Source: Prorocentrum cordatum
Lineage: Eukaryota
Assembly (NCBI GenBank): GCA_963575745.1
Contig: CAUYUJ010000155.1
Coordinates: forward strand, 62,001-117,486
DNA: 55,486 bases
Direction: 5' to 3'
This document shows, piece after piece, positions 52,363 through 55,486 of this stretch. A program made the translations under genes and the position numbers. Each line of letters opens with the position of its first letter. The stretch's first letter is position 1. A model generated the notes under the pieces. The model ran no database searches. It was not told the origin of the DNA and saw nothing but the letters and a program-made list of their open reading frames with translations.

Positions 52363-53120
52363 TACTAGCACGTGGGGACACTCCGTTCTCACCAGTGCCA
52401 GGGTTTTCATAGGAGGCGGGCAATACCCCCACTTTGTGGGGGGGCCGGTTCAAGCTCTACCAAATTTCCAAACGACTCTTCGCCACCACCCACACCCAGC
52501 TTCCCGCCCTATGACGTTCGGACACTTCACTTCGTGGCATGCGGACGACCGTGGCTACTATTCAGGGCCCCGCGGCCGACGACGACGGCGTGCGCGCGCG
52601 AAGAAAAAACGAATGTGTCCCGCATGGTATTATTTGACAGGGATGATGGCCCTGGCAGGTGCGCAACCGTTGTCGCAGAAGTTCGAAAAAGTTGCTCGCA
52701 AAAGCCCGTTTGACAGAAATGTTTAAAAAGTGTTGGGTTTCCTACGAATCCGCAAGAGCGCGCGGGATGAAATTTTGACATTTTTTTTTTGAAAAACCAT
52801 TGGTTTTTTGATGTTTTTATGTTAAAATCGCTACGAACACTAAGTTTTGGAAGGATTTCGTCTTGCGCGCGCGAATGTCCACTTTACCTTATTTTTTTGC
52901 AAGGGATTCTTGAAGTTTGGTTATGTTAGAACAAGAAATGTCCACTTTAGCTTATTTTTTGCAAGGGAAAGCGGGCAACAAAACAACCGGATCTGGACAC
53001 ATCGTTTTGCCTGAGACTTCCTCACGAAAATTATGAAAATGTGGCTGCGGCCTAGGCGCGGCGGGGGGGCCATGCACCAGGGGTCCCAACAATAATTATT
53101 CTTTAGAAGTAATAATGTTC

Positions 53121-53189
<69 letters not shown>

Positions 53190-53601
53190 TACTAGCACGT
53201 GGGGACACTCCGTTCTCACCAGTGCCAGGGTTTTCATAGGAGGCGGGCAATACCCCCACGTTGTGGGGGGGCCGGTTCTAGCTCTACCAAATTTCCAAAC
53301 GACTCTTCGCCACCACCCACACCCAGCTTCCCGCCCTATGACGTTCGGACACTTCACTTCGTGGCCTGCGGACGACCTTGGCTACTACACTGGCGCATGC
53401 AAATGATACGGGCTGCCGCAGTCAGCCAAGGGAGGCCGCGACAGCTCTGGGCCATACTGGTCGTCAAGGGCTTTCGCCGACAAAGCCATGACCCATCCAA
53501 GAACACAGGCGATACCTTGATCCGAGATGGCTACGGATGTGACAGTGATCAGTGATTTTGTTCGATGACGTGTGACGCACGGACTTGTTGTGGTAACATG
53601 C

Positions 53602-53632
<31 letters not shown>

Positions 53633-54464
53633 ACGACGCGCGCATGTGTCCCGCATGGTATTTTTTGCAAGGGATTGTGGCCCCTGGCAGGCGCGCGAAC
53701 GCCGTTGAAAGAGCGTGCGAAAGTAGCTCGCGCGAGCTCATGTAACATAAATGTTGAAAAAACATTTGTTTTTAAGGATTCGGACAGCGCGCGCGGGTAG
53801 AAATTTGGAAAATCCGTGCACGTGTCTTTCGAGGACCTACGGTGCGATTCGTGCGATTTTATGATACGCGGTGCTGAAATCCTTAAGAAACCCAATGGTG
53901 TTTGAAGATTCCGGCGTGCGCGCGCGAGGAAAAAACGAATGTGTCCCATATGGTATTATTTGACAGGGATGATGGCCCTGGCATGCGCGCAACCGTTGTT
54001 GCAGAAGTTCGAAGCACGTGAAAAAATTGCTCGCAAGAGCCCGTTTGACAGAAATGTTGAAAAAGTATTGGGTTTCCTAAGAAATCCGCAAGAGCGCGCG
54101 GGATGAATTTTGGAAACTTTTTTTTTTGAAAAAAACATTGGGTTTTTTTTCATGTTTTTATGTTAAAATCGCTACGAAAACTAAGGTTTTGGAAGGATTT
54201 CATCTTGCGCGCGCGAGTGTGCACTTCGTGTCATTTTTTGCAAAGGATTCTTGAAGTTTGGTTATGTTAGAACAAGACATGTCATTTTATAATGTTTTTT
54301 GACAGGGAAAGCGGGCGTCAACAAAACAACCGGATCTGGATCACATCGTTTTGCCTGAGACTTCCTCACGAAAATTATGAAAATGAGGCTGCGGCCTAGG
54401 CGCGGCGAGGGGGCCATGCACCAGGGGTCCCAACAATAATTATTCTTTAGAAATAATAATGTTC

Positions 54465-54555
<91 letters not shown>
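52240..54555. repeat. Two tandem copies of an AT-richer element (52361-53120, 53188-54464), each flanked by (AAC)n
   Basis: Near-identical heads (ATTACTAGCACGTGGGGACACTCCGTTCTC…) and tails (…CCATGCACCAGGGGTCCCAACAATAATTATTCTTTAGAA…GTTC). Copy 2 has extra internal sequence, including a duplicated segment. Confidence 0.9.
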
Positions 54556-54556
<1 letters not shown>

Positions 54557-54715
54557 AAACGTCGGAGGTCTAGGGCGAGAGGAGGAAGCGAGGAGGGCAC
54601 AAGGGTCAAGATACGCCCAGGCTAGCGCATGGGTAAGAAATGGTTCGAACAGAAGCCATGTGTATACGTGTATACATGTTAATACATATACATATATGTG
54701 TAAACACATCTATAC

Positions 54716-54771
<56 letters not shown>

Positions 54772-54879
54772 ACGCACACCCATAATATGATCCAGGGTTG
54801 CCCCCCTCCCCCCGAATGCATATGGAAACGAGCCCGCCTCCGCTGCATGGGTACGCCCGTGAGCCTTGCGAAGGCCTCG

Positions 54880-55400
54880 CGAATGGGATCGCTCCCCCCC
54901 CATGTGGCCTTCAGCGCCTCCTGAAGGCTTCCTGGAAGCCTCCCGGGGCCTCTTGGGGGCGTCTTGGGAGCCTCTTGGGGGCCTGTTGTGGGCCACTCGG
55001 GGGCCTCCTGGGGCATCTTGGGGGCCTCTTGGCGGCCCGATGTCGGTCTCAGGGTCCCTTTGGGGGCAGAAGGCTCGAAATGTCAATTGGAGTCTCCCAT
55101 CTTGGGACTCTCTTGGGGCCCGTTTGGGACGTCTTGTGCGTCCGTCTTGGGATCCTTTTGAGCCTAGTTGTGGCCATCTTGGCGGCCTCCCGGGCCGTCT
55201 TGGGGCGGTCCAGCGGGCAGAAGCGAAGATGCTAAAAATGCCAGGTTTCTGGAAAAGACGGGACGAGTTTTGCATCTCGGCGCTCTCTTTGAGATCGTCT
55301 GGGAGCGGTCTTTTGGACGCCTCTGGGGTCGTTGGAGACGCCACGGGAGCCGCCCAAGACTCCTGGAGGCCGTCTCAGGGGCGACGCGTGGCCCTCCGCA
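54880..55400. repeat. Degenerate GGCCTCTTGGG satellite-cored repeat
   Basis: Same core motif as arrays A and B. Confidence 0.75.
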
Positions 55401-55486
55401 GCCGCCATGATGACGGCGGTCTGTGCGCTCCGGGGGCAGGAGGAGGAGGAGGAGGAGGCGGAGGAGGAGGAGGCGGGGGATGGGGG

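Overview
This is eukaryotic, GC-rich, repeat-dominated DNA. It is almost certainly dinoflagellate nuclear DNA, because it contains an exact 22-nt dinoflagellate spliced leader (DinoSL) on the minus strand at 48227-48248; a Prorocentrum-like genome is a guess from GC content and repeat style. Nearly all ORFs in the supplied track are artefacts of microsatellites and GC-rich satellites. Supported content: (1) a decayed ~7.5 kb Ty1/Copia-order LTR retrotransposon (27894-35420, minus strand) with 134-bp LTRs and a probable cytosine-methyltransferase-like cargo between protease and integrase; (2) a decayed LINE (APE, RT, RNase H; ~37000-42150) with a putative ORF1 and a relic spliced leader upstream (to 44873); (3) an SL-headed intronless retrocopy of an unknown repeat protein (45957-48248); (4) an RT/thumb LINE fragment (780-2090); (5) two head-to-tail arrays (9276-13600 and 13601-18245) of non-autonomous elements with Helentron/DINE-like subterminal inverted repeats, joined head to head at a single A|T; (6) several MITE-like and interspersed repeats and long compound microsatellites; (7) at least one host exon with an FAD-binding GxGxxG motif (5667-5780, minus). 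All protein calls come from motifs I recognised by eye in frameshifted sequence. No database search was run.
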